A stretch of 64,000 bases of DNA from NCBI GenBank assembly GCA_000002435.2, contig CM018791.1. One strand, written 5' to 3'. Position 1 is the stretch's first letter, and the number at the start of each line of letters is the position of its first letter. The position numbers and the translations under genes were made by a program. Below are positions 38,794 through 48,202 of this stretch, in pieces. Below the pieces are notes generated by a model. The model saw only the letters and a list, made by a program, of their open reading frames with translations. It did not search any database and was not told the origin of the DNA. This stretch comes from Giardia intestinalis. Taxonomy: Eukaryota.

Positions 38794-40992
38794 ATGTCTC
38801 AGATAGACAAGCTCATTCCGATTGTCAACTCCTTGCAGGATGTCTTCAGTGCCATAGGGCAGGACAAGACGAATATCGACCTGCCGCAGATCACCGTCGT
38901 CGGCTCCCAATCTGCGGGAAAGTCATCGGTTTTGGAGGCTGTCTGTGGGCGCGACGTTCTCCCCAGGTCTGCCGGCATTTGCACGCGGCGCCCCCTGATC
39001 CTCCAGCTGATTCCGACAAAGCCCGGTCAATTTGTCAAGGACGAGAAGGGCAAGACATACGAGGAGTGGGGCGAGTTTTTACACACAAAGGACAAAAAGT
39101 TTGTCCACTACCAAGAGATTTGCAAGGAGATCGTCGCAGAGACCGATAGGGTCACGGGCGGGACACTCAACGTCTCCCCCCTCCCGATCCGCTTGAAGCT
39201 TTTCTCCCCTACCGTCGTTCCCCTCACGCTCGTCGATCTCCCCGGTCTCGTTAAGAACGCTTTGCCGGGCCAGCCAGCGGACATCGACGTTCAGATCAAG
39301 AAGTGCGTTTACGAGTATATCCAGAAGCCGAACGCCGTCATTCTTGCTGTCTCTGCTGCAAACGCCGATCTCGCAACTTCTGACGCACTGCAGGCTGCGA
39401 TTAACTGCGATCCCAAGGGTGACCGCTCCGTCGGCGTTCTCACAAAGATCGACATCGTCGACAAGGGAACAGAGGCAACGGTGGTGTCGATTCTCCGGAA
39501 CGAGGTGCACTACTTCAAGTTGGGCTGGATCGCTGTCATGAACAGGTCCCAGAAGGACATCGACGCTCAGAAGACGATTGCGAAGCACCTGCACGACGAG
39601 GAGGAGTTCTTCCGCACTCACGATTACTATAAGCCTCTGGCTGCACAGAGCGGAGCCAAGTACCTGGCGAGACGGCTCAACCAGGTCCTCATCAACCACA
39701 TTCAGATTGTCCTGCCAGACCTTAAAATGAAGGTCCACCTCCAGCTTGACAAGTATTCCAGGGAGCTGGCATCCTATGGACAGCACCTTGAGGGTCGCGC
39801 AGAGATGGAGCGTGCTCTCCTTGGGCTCATATCCTCCTACGAGAAGGAGTACAAGGCCATCCTCGATGGTTCATCTGCCGGTGCGTCTAAGAACGAGCTA
39901 TATGGTGGTGCCCGTATCTCCTACATATTCCAAAGCGTCCTCCCCAAGATGTTTGACACAATCAGTATCCAGGAGATCCTCAACGGCGAGGATGTCCGCA
40001 CACTCATCAGAAACTCCTCTGGTACCAGGTCGAGCCTCTTCCTTTCTGAGAGCGCCTTTGAATTGCTTGTGCAGAAAGTTGTTCGCAGGCTCGAGGGCCC
40101 GTGTAAGCACTGTCTCCAGCTGGTCAAGGCTGAGCTCATATCCATTGCCAAGTCCATCCCAACACCGGAGATGAAGAAGTATCGCAGGCTCTGCAACGAG
40201 TTGGTCAACACGTGCATCAAGCTTATTAACGATCTTACAATGCCGACTGGGAAGTTCCTCCAGGACCTCATCCACTCCGAGCTGTGCTACATTAACACCC
40301 TGCACCCCGATTTTGTCGCTTCCCAGGAGTTTAAGGGACACATTGACGGCCAGAGGAATATGGCAAATCTAGACGTCTCGAATCAGGGCTTTGGCGAGAG
40401 TAACTTCGGTGGTCCGGGCGGCCCCGGCATGGGCGGCTTTCCCCCTGGTGGACCTGGCGGTCCAGGTGGTCCCGGGGGACCTGGGGGGCCTCCGGGTGGT
40501 CCTGGAATGAACCGCGGCCCTGGAGGACCTCCAGGCGCACCAGGAGGCCCCGGTGGGCCCATGAATCGTGGCCCCGGCGGTCCTGGGGGACCAGGTGGCC
40601 CAGGAGGACCCGGCCCTCAACAGTTCAACGAGTCTGTGCCGGAGAAGATCAAAGCTCAGGGTCCCCTGTCGGAGGCTGAGAAGCTTGGTGTTGACCTCAT
40701 CCCGCGTCTGATGAGCGCATACTATCGAGTTATTCGCAAAAAGATAGAGGATTCTGTTCCGAAGGCGTGCATTGCCTTTCTTGTTAAGGCCTCGATGAAC
40801 CAGCTTCAGGAGGTTTTGGTCAGAAACCTTTACTCCGGAGATAAGATCGAGGACCTTTTGTGCGAAGATCCCTCCATTAAGGAGAAGCGTGTCGCATGCA
40901 GAGAGCTCGTCGATGTTATGCAACGCGCAAGCAATATTCTCGATAAGATAGGTAACATCCGCAACGTCGAGGACCTTGCCAAGAAGGACTAA
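38794..40992 (+). CDS. Dynamin-related GTPase, about 732 aa, with Gly/Pro-repeat insert before the GED
   Basis: The ORF-track start 38791 is a GTG. The ATG is at 38794. DLIPIVNSLQDVFSAIG...LPQITVVGSQSAGKSSVLEAVCGRDVLPRSAGICTRRPLILQL is a near-identical dynamin N-terminus with G1 P-loop. LTLVDLPGL (G3). VLTKIDIVDKG (G4 TKxD). C-terminal GED-like helix. Confidence 0.9.
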   Translation: MSQIDKLIPIVNSLQDVFSAIGQDKTNIDLPQITVVGSQSAGKSSVLEAVCGRDVLPRSAGICTRRPLILQLIPTKPGQFVKDEKGKTYEEWGEFLHTKDKKFVHYQEICKEIVAETDRVTGGTLNVSPLPIRLKLFSPTVVPLTLVDLPGLVKNALPGQPADIDVQIKKCVYEYIQKPNAVILAVSAANADLATSDALQAAINCDPKGDRSVGVLTKIDIVDKGTEATVVSILRNEVHYFKLGWIAVMNRSQKDIDAQKTIAKHLHDEEEFFRTHDYYKPLAAQSGAKYLARRLNQVLINHIQIVLPDLKMKVHLQLDKYSRELASYGQHLEGRAEMERALLGLISSYEKEYKAILDGSSAGASKNELYGGARISYIFQSVLPKMFDTISIQEILNGEDVRTLIRNSSGTRSSLFLSESAFELLVQKVVRRLEGPCKHCLQLVKAELISIAKSIPTPEMKKYRRLCNELVNTCIKLINDLTMPTGKFLQDLIHSELCYINTLHPDFVASQEFKGHIDGQRNMANLDVSNQGFGESNFGGPGGPGMGGFPPGGPGGPGGPGGPGGPPGGPGMNRGPGGPPGAPGGPGGPMNRGPGGPGGPGGPGGPGPQQFNESVPEKIKAQGPLSEAEKLGVDLIPRLMSAYYRVIRKKIEDSVPKACIAFLVKASMNQLQEVLVRNLYSGDKIEDLLCEDPSIKEKRVACRELVDVMQRASNILDKIGNIRNVEDLAKKD
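40411..40617 (+). repeat. In-frame Gly/Pro-rich repeat (GGPGGPG...) encoding the dynamin insert
   Basis: About 69 codons made of (GGN CCN)n units with synonymous third-position variation. Encodes GGPGGPGMGGFPPGGPGGPGGPGGPGGPPGGPGMNRGPGGPPGAPGGPGGPMNRGPGGPGGPGGPGGPGP. Confidence 0.6.
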
Positions 40993-41032
40993 TTCGTCGT
41001 TTGTTGTGGAGTCTGTCAGGGACCGTCTCTGA

Positions 41033-41266
41033 CTAGATAAGTGAACCACTGGCTGCCTTCTTCTCCCGCTCTAGTGCTGCAGCAATGCGAGCTGTCATGC
41101 GCTGTTGCCAGAGGTCGAGGTCCGAGTGTCGAGGCTGAGGGGGTGGAGGTGGGGGCAGGAGACCTGGAGGTGATTGCTGTTCAGAGTGAGGGGTAACAGT
41201 GCTCTCGGGTGTACCCACCTCGGCATAAGAGAGGCGCTTGAATCTCAACTTGGGCCGCGGCTCCAT
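41033..41266 (-). CDS. Small proline-rich hypothetical protein (77 aa)
   Basis: ATG at 41266 sits in a classic AT-rich initiator (cattttaaaATG on the minus strand). Contains LLPPPPPPQP. Short, so low confidence. Confidence 0.3.
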   Translation of the reverse strand: MEPRPKLRFKRLSYAEVGTPESTVTPHSEQQSPPGLLPPPPPPQPRHSDLDLWQQRMTARIAAALEREKKAASGSLI

Positions 41267-41442
41267 TTTAAAATGAATACTGAAGCAATAGAAAGGCCAG
41301 GCAGCTCAGAGGTAACCATGGGGTGTCTTCTAGAGCTTCAGTACCATACCAGCATGTATGTGAAGGACCGAGGTTGTCATTATACTCCCTCAAAAAATGC
41401 CAAAATAGAAGCCAAAATAGAAATCAACTAAAACTGGATTAC

Positions 41443-41841
41443 ATGAATAGCCTGCAACAAGGGGCATCACCTAAAACGCCGTACACGAATATGTTTGCAC
41501 GAAGCTTCCTGGCACACATGCGCCAGGAAAGCCACATTTCAGAGCATCATCTACCTGGCTCTATGACACAGATGATTTACAGCAGCGAGTTTTCAGCAAG
41601 CACAAATCTTCATACAATACCATTGGAGACCAATCCCGATCAGGGTTATCCGAGAGATGTGAACTTCACTACTGATGAGTCGACGGACCAAGTGGCGTTC
41701 GCACGAATGAAAGAATTGCAGATTCTAGAAAGCATATATCTCTGTGGAAGCTCAGAGAGCAAACGCAAAAGCAAGTCGAAGGATAGGAAGAGTGGGACGA
41801 TGGTTGAAATAATCTTTGCATCTCCAACCTCTGGTGTTTAA
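41443..41841 (+). CDS. Hypothetical protein, about 132 aa (start uncertain)
   Basis: The ORF-track start 41323 is a GTG. The first in-frame ATG is at 41443. An alternative short + frame ORF begins at the ATG at 41273, only 6 bp from the minus-strand ATG at 41266. C-terminal KRKSKSKDRK basic patch. Confidence 0.3.
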   Translation: MNSLQQGASPKTPYTNMFARSFLAHMRQESHISEHHLPGSMTQMIYSSEFSASTNLHTIPLETNPDQGYPRDVNFTTDESTDQVAFARMKELQILESIYLCGSSESKRKSKSKDRKSGTMVEIIFASPTSGV

Positions 41842-41952
41842 TGTTTGTACTATCCTTGTTCACTCAATCTGATGAACAATCAGCTATATTTTTAAGTAAT
41901 TCTAAGACTACAGCTTCGAAAGCTTCGTAAGTTCGCTGGAACAAAAAAGATA

Positions 41953-43629
41953 ATGGTTGAACTCTTTCCCATACTAAACTTGGGTGTATACTATGTCATC
42001 ATTTGTCTATTCGTAGGTCACACTATCTATTACCCACTGCACGGGCCGCACGGGGGTCCTGATAGTCTTATGGATTCCTTCGCCACCCCTCAGAGAGTGT
42101 TGTCGCACTTTCTGCGTGCCTTCTGGATACCACCCCACTACCATTATGTAGTCTACTCTGTGCTTAACTTTGGCCTTCTGATGGCGATACATAAGTATAC
42201 AGTTGGTCTGACCACAGCCAAGAGGAACATTTTTTTATTAACTTTGATAGCCAATCCATTCAACGTGATTGCTAGTACAGACACGGACCTATCTGCCATA
42301 AGTGCCAATCTTTTGGTTCTTAGTATTCTCCAAGTGGTGGGGCCCTTTGTCGTTTACAACCAGGAGAGTCTTCCGTCTCATGAAGTTGCAGTACTCCAGC
42401 GGGTGACTGGCTATCAAGTTTATCTCCTTGCAGCGATTTTACAACCGGGGCTACTCTATCTCGCTCCTTTCTATTTGCTTGTCTCTAGGACTCAGCAACT
42501 GCGCTATCGATCATTGTCTACAGACGAAAACACCGATGCCAAACCAAAAGCTTCTCAGCGTCCTTTCGGATATCTTGCAGCGCTGGGCACTGTGCTGTCC
42601 TTCTTAGTGTATGGCTTTGCGTACTATCGCAAGAAAACAGGCCAACTCAGACCGCTATGCAATTCCTTATGGGAAAGCAACGCTATCAAGGCGGAATACT
42701 CCACTTGGTACAGCTACTTCAGCAAGCTACGGGATCTGGTCTTGACATACACTAATGGCAGCCTGAATTTGGACTGGCTTCTTATTGCACTTGTTGCATC
42801 CCTGGCTTGCTATTACTCTTCCATTCGACTCTACACAAAATCAGTTGGCATGACTGGGAAGCCGTCGGCTCAGAACACTTATTATCTCAGCGTGGCTCTG
42901 CAGACGCTGCTTCTCGCCCATGCTCTTTCTAATCTGAAGGTATCTGTAGCTGCTGTCTACTCTGTGCTAGCATTATTCTGTGTGTCTATTAACGACTTTT
43001 TCCTCCTAATCATGTCTACCTTGGGGTTTCTCGGGGACGCCTTCTTCTTTTCTTCGACGCGATTGCTTAAGCAGTATGCACATGTCACACACTTCGACTC
43101 TCTGTTGCAGGAATACTCTACTATAAGTCGGGCTCTGTCAAATAGTGCTAGGACCGATATCACTGATATGTCGTCCAGTGTTCCGCAGAATATTTCTGAT
43201 CAGTGGGCATATGACGGCCAAACTTCTGCAGATGACATCTCCCGCATGTCAGTCATCTCACTGCAGCTTAAGGGCATCCGTGGGGAGGTTTCAATGTATC
43301 ACGTAATGATCCTCGCTGTTATTTTCGCAGTGTTTATCACAGATATCTCTGGGGTGCGTCTCCTTTCGAAGAGGAAGCACGGGGTCGTGTCCAAGAAGTC
43401 GTCTGTTAGTGTTATTCTATTTGGTTCCCTCTATTTGGCCCTTGCCATTGCAGGAACTGTTCTCATTCACCTCAATGTCCTATTTGACATTAGGGGTCTC
43501 AAAATTGCTCTATTTGTCATGCAGCTTGTTGCCGAGCCGTTTCGAATAGGCTTTCTTCTCGTCCTAGCACTGGGGAGTCTCATGAAGTGCACGAAGTATC
43601 TTCTTGTCCAGACCGCAGATGCGCAATAG
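41953..43629 (+). CDS. Polytopic membrane protein, hypothetical (558 aa, at least 10 hydrophobic segments)
   Basis: ATG after ggaacaaaaaagataATG. Repeated 20-25 aa hydrophobic stretches throughout (for example LFPILNLGVYYVIICLFVGHTIYY, LLAAILQPGLLYLAPFYLLV, VMILAVIFAVFITDISGV). No family-level motif recognised. Confidence 0.65.
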   Translation: MVELFPILNLGVYYVIICLFVGHTIYYPLHGPHGGPDSLMDSFATPQRVLSHFLRAFWIPPHYHYVVYSVLNFGLLMAIHKYTVGLTTAKRNIFLLTLIANPFNVIASTDTDLSAISANLLVLSILQVVGPFVVYNQESLPSHEVAVLQRVTGYQVYLLAAILQPGLLYLAPFYLLVSRTQQLRYRSLSTDENTDAKPKASQRPFGYLAALGTVLSFLVYGFAYYRKKTGQLRPLCNSLWESNAIKAEYSTWYSYFSKLRDLVLTYTNGSLNLDWLLIALVASLACYYSSIRLYTKSVGMTGKPSAQNTYYLSVALQTLLLAHALSNLKVSVAAVYSVLALFCVSINDFFLLIMSTLGFLGDAFFFSSTRLLKQYAHVTHFDSLLQEYSTISRALSNSARTDITDMSSSVPQNISDQWAYDGQTSADDISRMSVISLQLKGIRGEVSMYHVMILAVIFAVFITDISGVRLLSKRKHGVVSKKSSVSVILFGSLYLALAIAGTVLIHLNVLFDIRGLKIALFVMQLVAEPFRIGFLLVLALGSLMKCTKYLLVQTADAQ

Positions 43630-43768
43630 GTTTACGGTATAACAAAATAAATTACCATCTGCGTTTTTCTTATCCCTCTGCTTGTTTCTATTGAGTTCTG
43701 TTGAACCTTTTGTCATGAAGCTTGTTGGTTGTAATTTCAAAATAGTTTATTAAAGACGGCTTAAGCTG

Positions 43769-46700
43769 ATGGGCTGTTGCTGTTGTCGTCCCATCGAGGG
43801 CGAAGAGGAGGACATCACCCTTCGCTTCCGCGGCCTGGCCGTTAATTATGGGGGCAGAAAATTCTTGCCAAATGTCATTAAAACGCGCACATATAATTGG
43901 ATTAGCTTTCCGTTTATAGTTCTTCTCCTTCAGTTTAAACCGTTTTTTAGTCAGTTCTTCACTGCTGTAGCCCTGCTGCAGATATTCCGGGCCCTGAAAG
44001 TGGGCCTGGCCTTCACATACTACCTTCCACTCATATTTATTTTCCTCGTTAGCATCGGGAGGGAATTATACACCGAGCTGGGTTGCTACAAGAGAGATAA
44101 GATAGCTAACTCCATGCTCTATCAGATTCTTTCTGACAGCGGAATTAGAACTGTCCGCTCAGACGAGTTACAAGTTGGAGACATTATCTACTTGGCACCA
44201 GGGCAGAATATTCCCGCAGATATTTTGATACTGCACGGCACTGAGCCTCTGTACTTGAAAACAACCAACTTGGACGGAGAGACGGACTATAAGTCTCGTA
44301 CTGCGTGCTTTGATACTACAGACATCTATAGTACCGACTACAAGGACATACTTCGGAAGAAGTTGGACTCGCACATATTGCAGTATGAACCGCCAAGCTC
44401 CCAACTCTACAAGTTCAACGGGAAGTTTGTTCTGTTATCGGCACCTCAAGATGTCTCTATGTCACCCGTCATGCCCATTTCACTAGCAAATACTGCGTGG
44501 ATGAATTGTACTCTTGCGAAGGGGTCAGTGACGGGGCTTGTCATCTACACCGGAAAGCAAGTCCGGATTATGCTGGGCCGAAAGAAACCCAAGAGCAAGA
44601 GTGGGAAGTTAGATGTGGATATCAACTTGTATGTCAAGGGCCTCTTCGTGCTTTGCATCTTCTTGGCCTTTGTGTTGACTATGGCAGGGTCTGTTTATTC
44701 TCTAGTAACGTTCATACGGTGGATAATCATTCTTAACGCTATCATTCCTCTCGCTATGAAGGTGTCTCTCGAGTACGGCAAGTTTACTATGGCGGGGACT
44801 ATCAGCTACGACCCCGAAATACCAGGTGTCAGGGTACAAAACAGTAATCTAGTAGAAGAGCTGGGGCTTATTAACCATATATTTAGTGACAAAACAGGCA
44901 CGTTGACAAAGAACGATATGTGGCTTCACGAGGTCGTTGGGAGTAATAAGAACGTAACGGATGGATGTGAAACTATGCTTCACGCTCTTATGACATGCCA
45001 CAATGTTGAGCTGGTCACTGAGAGATGTCGGAGCATTAAAGTAACAGCAAAGAATGGCATCGTACAGCATAGCGATCAGGACTCTGAGGAAGATCAAGCA
45101 AAGCAGCTTGTGCCTCAAAAGACGAACACTCGCATAGTGCTAGAAGAGGAAAAAGTGATCGAGGGATTTGGTGAAGCTGTTTCGCTGTGCTTCACTAAGC
45201 ACACCACTAATGAATACCTGCTTCTTAACAATTATATAGGAGCATCCCCTGATGAAGTGGCTATCATCAGAGGAATGCATGCTAGAGGACACATTTTAAA
45301 AGAAAAAATGCACAATCGCATCCAGTATAGTTCTGGCACTGAGGACTATGAGTTTGAGCTTATTCATGTGTTTCCATTTACCTCGGAAACAAGGCGCATG
45401 TCGGTCATTGTTAGGGATAGAGAAACTCAAGTTGTCTACCTCTTTGTCAAAGGCGCTGATACTGCCATAGAGGTTATTTCTAAACCGTGCGATTGGATGC
45501 GCAACGTTGTTGATCAGCTTGCGACCACCGGGCGACGTACTCTAGTGTATGCATATAGGATTCTTTCTGCGGATGACTTAGATGCCTTTCAGCGTGCATG
45601 GATGAGTGCCGCGGAGGACATCAATTCGAGACAGGATAAGCTAGATCAAGCAGAGGAGGACCTTTTAGTTAATTTAGACGTTTTGTGTGTAACGGGGATA
45701 GAAGATCAACTCCAAGACAACGTGAAGGACACTATTCAGTCTCTGAAGAGGGCAGGAATTAAGTTCTGGATGTTAACGGGTGATAAGATCATAACGTCCC
45801 TGAGCATTGCTCAAGCATGCAGTATTCTTCCTAATGATGTGATCAGCAAGCATACAGACTTTTGCAGTCGTGTATCTGAGATAGGAAATAGTACTTCCCG
45901 GTGCGTAGAGCTTGACGCGCAAACTGGGGATGTACAGCACAGCCTTCATATTGTGGGCGAAAATACATCTAGTTCAGCTATGCAGTTGGCAAGCGTGGCC
46001 TCAAACCCGATCACTATGTCTCCCCTAGACCCTGTACTCATCACCACAACATGCGCGCAAGAACGGAGCCACAGCTGTTCGTCCCCTAAAAGTGGTCTGC
46101 GGTCTCCACTGCACCATAGGACTAATAGGGCATTATTAAGACATCCACTTAAGAAAAGTGGATTACGGAATAAGAAGCTTGCAAATATCAAAGAGTCAGC
46201 ATATGTGCGTAAGTCCCAGGGAGTGTTTTTCCTCACAGAAGAGCTTTCGTTGGATCGCTTGCTTCAAACACTTCACGATGTGCTGGCAGTCGTGGAGACT
46301 CAGAAGAACATAGCAATCATCATTGACGGGGGTGCTATAGATGCTCTTTTAGGCACCTATCCAACTAACTACTTCTACCGCTACCGGATACACCCTATTA
46401 CTGGATCCCTCCTGCCGCTGCCACTCATACTAAAGGCCTGGCGATACTTTGTGCGCTTCCTCTATGTCTACTTCACTGGAAAAGCGAAGTCTGGAAAGGG
46501 GAGTTTGGGGCCAGATGCCAAGATACGGGAGCTCTTCGCCGAAGTTACTTGCCGTGCCGAAACGGTGATCTGCTGCCGCTGCACCCCGGGACAGAAAGCC
46601 TTGGTGTCAGAAATAATAACGACTTATAGTGGGAAGCAGTCGCTAGGCATTGGGGATGGTGCCAATGATGTTCCCCTAATCCAGCTCTGCGCTGTAGGAG

Positions 46701-47623
46701 TCGGTATAGCAGGAAAGGAGGGGACACAAGCAGCAAACTCGGCAGACTTCGTCATCAATGAGTTTCAAGGACTGAAAAAGCTTCTCCTGTGGCACGGGAG
46801 AAATAGTTACATAGGGAGTGCACAAATGTGTCAGTTCATCATGCAGCGAGGCATAACGCAAACGCTCCTTCAAATATGGTTCAGTATGCTTTATTATTTC
46901 GTAACTCTAGTAATATACACAGGCGTCTTATTGCTGGGATTTGCCACATTCTTTACAATGCTTCCTCCGTTCAACTATTATATTAACGAGGACATAGATT
47001 ATAAGCTCGTTATGCAGTATCCAGAGGTCTATAGATATACGTCGTCTGGAAGACTGATTTCCTTCAAGACCTTCTGCCTCTGGCTCCTTGCGTCCATCGT
47101 GATTTCGTTTATGATCTTTGTATCTTTGGTCTGTGTTCTTCCGTGGGATGTGATATATACCGAGTTTGTTCTGGTGTCCTTCGCCGCTCTTCTCATTAAC
47201 CAGCTCCTTCTAATCTCCTTCACGTCTCATCGGTGGTCTGTCCTTCTCGTAATTACACTGGTGGGTAGTTACGCCTCATTCTACATCGTGCAAACAATAT
47301 ATCCTGACATATTTCCCCTTTCCTTTCTCTACTCCTTTTCTTTTACTTGGAGTTCGCTGTATATCGCCTTCAGTGCAGCTCTACCAATCTACATTGGCTC
47401 TCTTCTGGTAAAACACTTAAGTGTACCTCCTGTGATCAAAAAGCTTAGGAAGTTAAGAGCTCCCGCTGACTGTGCGTGTTGTGCTAAAAAGAGCAATTGT
47501 GCATGCACCAAGTCCCCAATCCACTACTACAGTTCCACGGGCACATACTACTTTAATTTGACAGATAAGGCTGCGAACGTACTCACATGTCGATACTGCT
47601 CTACGTGCCCTCGTAAGTGCTAG
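43769..47623 (+). CDS. P4-type ATPase (phospholipid flippase), 1284 aa
   Basis: P-type signatures: DKTGTLT (phosphorylation site, in FSDKTGTLTKND), TGDK, GDGANDV. P4-type N-terminal features: NLDGETDYKSRTA (compare NLDGETNLK) and the LYVSxE-like TM4 region. N-terminus MGCCCCRPIEGEEED. Cys-rich C-terminal tail. AT-rich initiator upstream. Confidence 0.9.
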   Translation: MGCCCCRPIEGEEEDITLRFRGLAVNYGGRKFLPNVIKTRTYNWISFPFIVLLLQFKPFFSQFFTAVALLQIFRALKVGLAFTYYLPLIFIFLVSIGRELYTELGCYKRDKIANSMLYQILSDSGIRTVRSDELQVGDIIYLAPGQNIPADILILHGTEPLYLKTTNLDGETDYKSRTACFDTTDIYSTDYKDILRKKLDSHILQYEPPSSQLYKFNGKFVLLSAPQDVSMSPVMPISLANTAWMNCTLAKGSVTGLVIYTGKQVRIMLGRKKPKSKSGKLDVDINLYVKGLFVLCIFLAFVLTMAGSVYSLVTFIRWIIILNAIIPLAMKVSLEYGKFTMAGTISYDPEIPGVRVQNSNLVEELGLINHIFSDKTGTLTKNDMWLHEVVGSNKNVTDGCETMLHALMTCHNVELVTERCRSIKVTAKNGIVQHSDQDSEEDQAKQLVPQKTNTRIVLEEEKVIEGFGEAVSLCFTKHTTNEYLLLNNYIGASPDEVAIIRGMHARGHILKEKMHNRIQYSSGTEDYEFELIHVFPFTSETRRMSVIVRDRETQVVYLFVKGADTAIEVISKPCDWMRNVVDQLATTGRRTLVYAYRILSADDLDAFQRAWMSAAEDINSRQDKLDQAEEDLLVNLDVLCVTGIEDQLQDNVKDTIQSLKRAGIKFWMLTGDKIITSLSIAQACSILPNDVISKHTDFCSRVSEIGNSTSRCVELDAQTGDVQHSLHIVGENTSSSAMQLASVASNPITMSPLDPVLITTTCAQERSHSCSSPKSGLRSPLHHRTNRALLRHPLKKSGLRNKKLANIKESAYVRKSQGVFFLTEELSLDRLLQTLHDVLAVVETQKNIAIIIDGGAIDALLGTYPTNYFYRYRIHPITGSLLPLPLILKAWRYFVRFLYVYFTGKAKSGKGSLGPDAKIRELFAEVTCRAETVICCRCTPGQKALVSEIITTYSGKQSLGIGDGANDVPLIQLCAVGVGIAGKEGTQAANSADFVINEFQGLKKLLLWHGRNSYIGSAQMCQFIMQRGITQTLLQIWFSMLYYFVTLVIYTGVLLLGFATFFTMLPPFNYYINEDIDYKLVMQYPEVYRYTSSGRLISFKTFCLWLLASIVISFMIFVSLVCVLPWDVIYTEFVLVSFAALLINQLLLISFTSHRWSVLLVITLVGSYASFYIVQTIYPDIFPLSFLYSFSFTWSSLYIAFSAALPIYIGSLLVKHLSVPPVIKKLRKLRAPADCACCAKKSNCACTKSPIHYYSSTGTYYFNLTDKAANVLTCRYCSTCPRKC

Positions 47624-48202
47624 TCGTTAGCTGTTTCAAAGCTGCACGCTCACTCGTTAGCCCATCGGTTGCAGTATCAAATATTTTATTTATGCCTTGC
47701 AATCATGTGCCGTTTTTTCGCACTTTTATTTGTATTAAGATATCTCTTCTTATGCTAATTAGTTAGTTAGTTTTACAGACGATTTGTTCTACATCCTTAT
47801 GACGTCTTCAAGCATATACCAGCGCTCTTATGCTCTTGTCCTTTCATCGTGAAGTAGAGCGCTGCTAGTTCATCCAATAGTTTCTCTTTGGTGTGCTATT
47901 TGGCGAAAAACAGGGCACCGCTTGTGTTGTGTTTTTGCATGAGACTTTATCTTAGTGATACCATCGGAATTGCGTCTAAAACACGAGGTGACCCTTGCGT
48001 AGTCCTTTACAGTTCGGACTTTGTGTTAAATGATCTTCTGCACTTCGTCCTCAGAGGTCTGGACAGCTTTTCACAAAAGAACCATTGGCTCGTTAGCGAG
48101 TTTATTATTGTAAACTTACTCGTGTTTTACTAGGCTTTGAACTCTATCATCGTAGATTGGTAGATTTGTATGAGTTCATAGAAAAATTAGAAAAACAAAA
48201 TT
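47624..48202. other. Unusually long (about 580 bp) AT-rich intergenic region containing a (TTAG)3 microrepeat
   Basis: The longest gene-free spacer inside the gene-dense part of the window. AT-rich with runs such as ttagttagttagtt (about 47757-47770). Only an 81-aa ORF that is probably spurious. Confidence 0.5.

Noticed and set aside
34493-47623. Operon-like functional cluster (AsnRS, SPT, PPAT, dynamin, membrane protein, flippase all on the + strand)
   Set aside because: Six consecutive same-strand genes, several of them lipid- or membrane-related, is suggestive. But each has its own AT-rich initiator and poly(A)-like signal, and eukaryotic protist genes are monocistronic. This is treated as coincidence or strand-clustering only.
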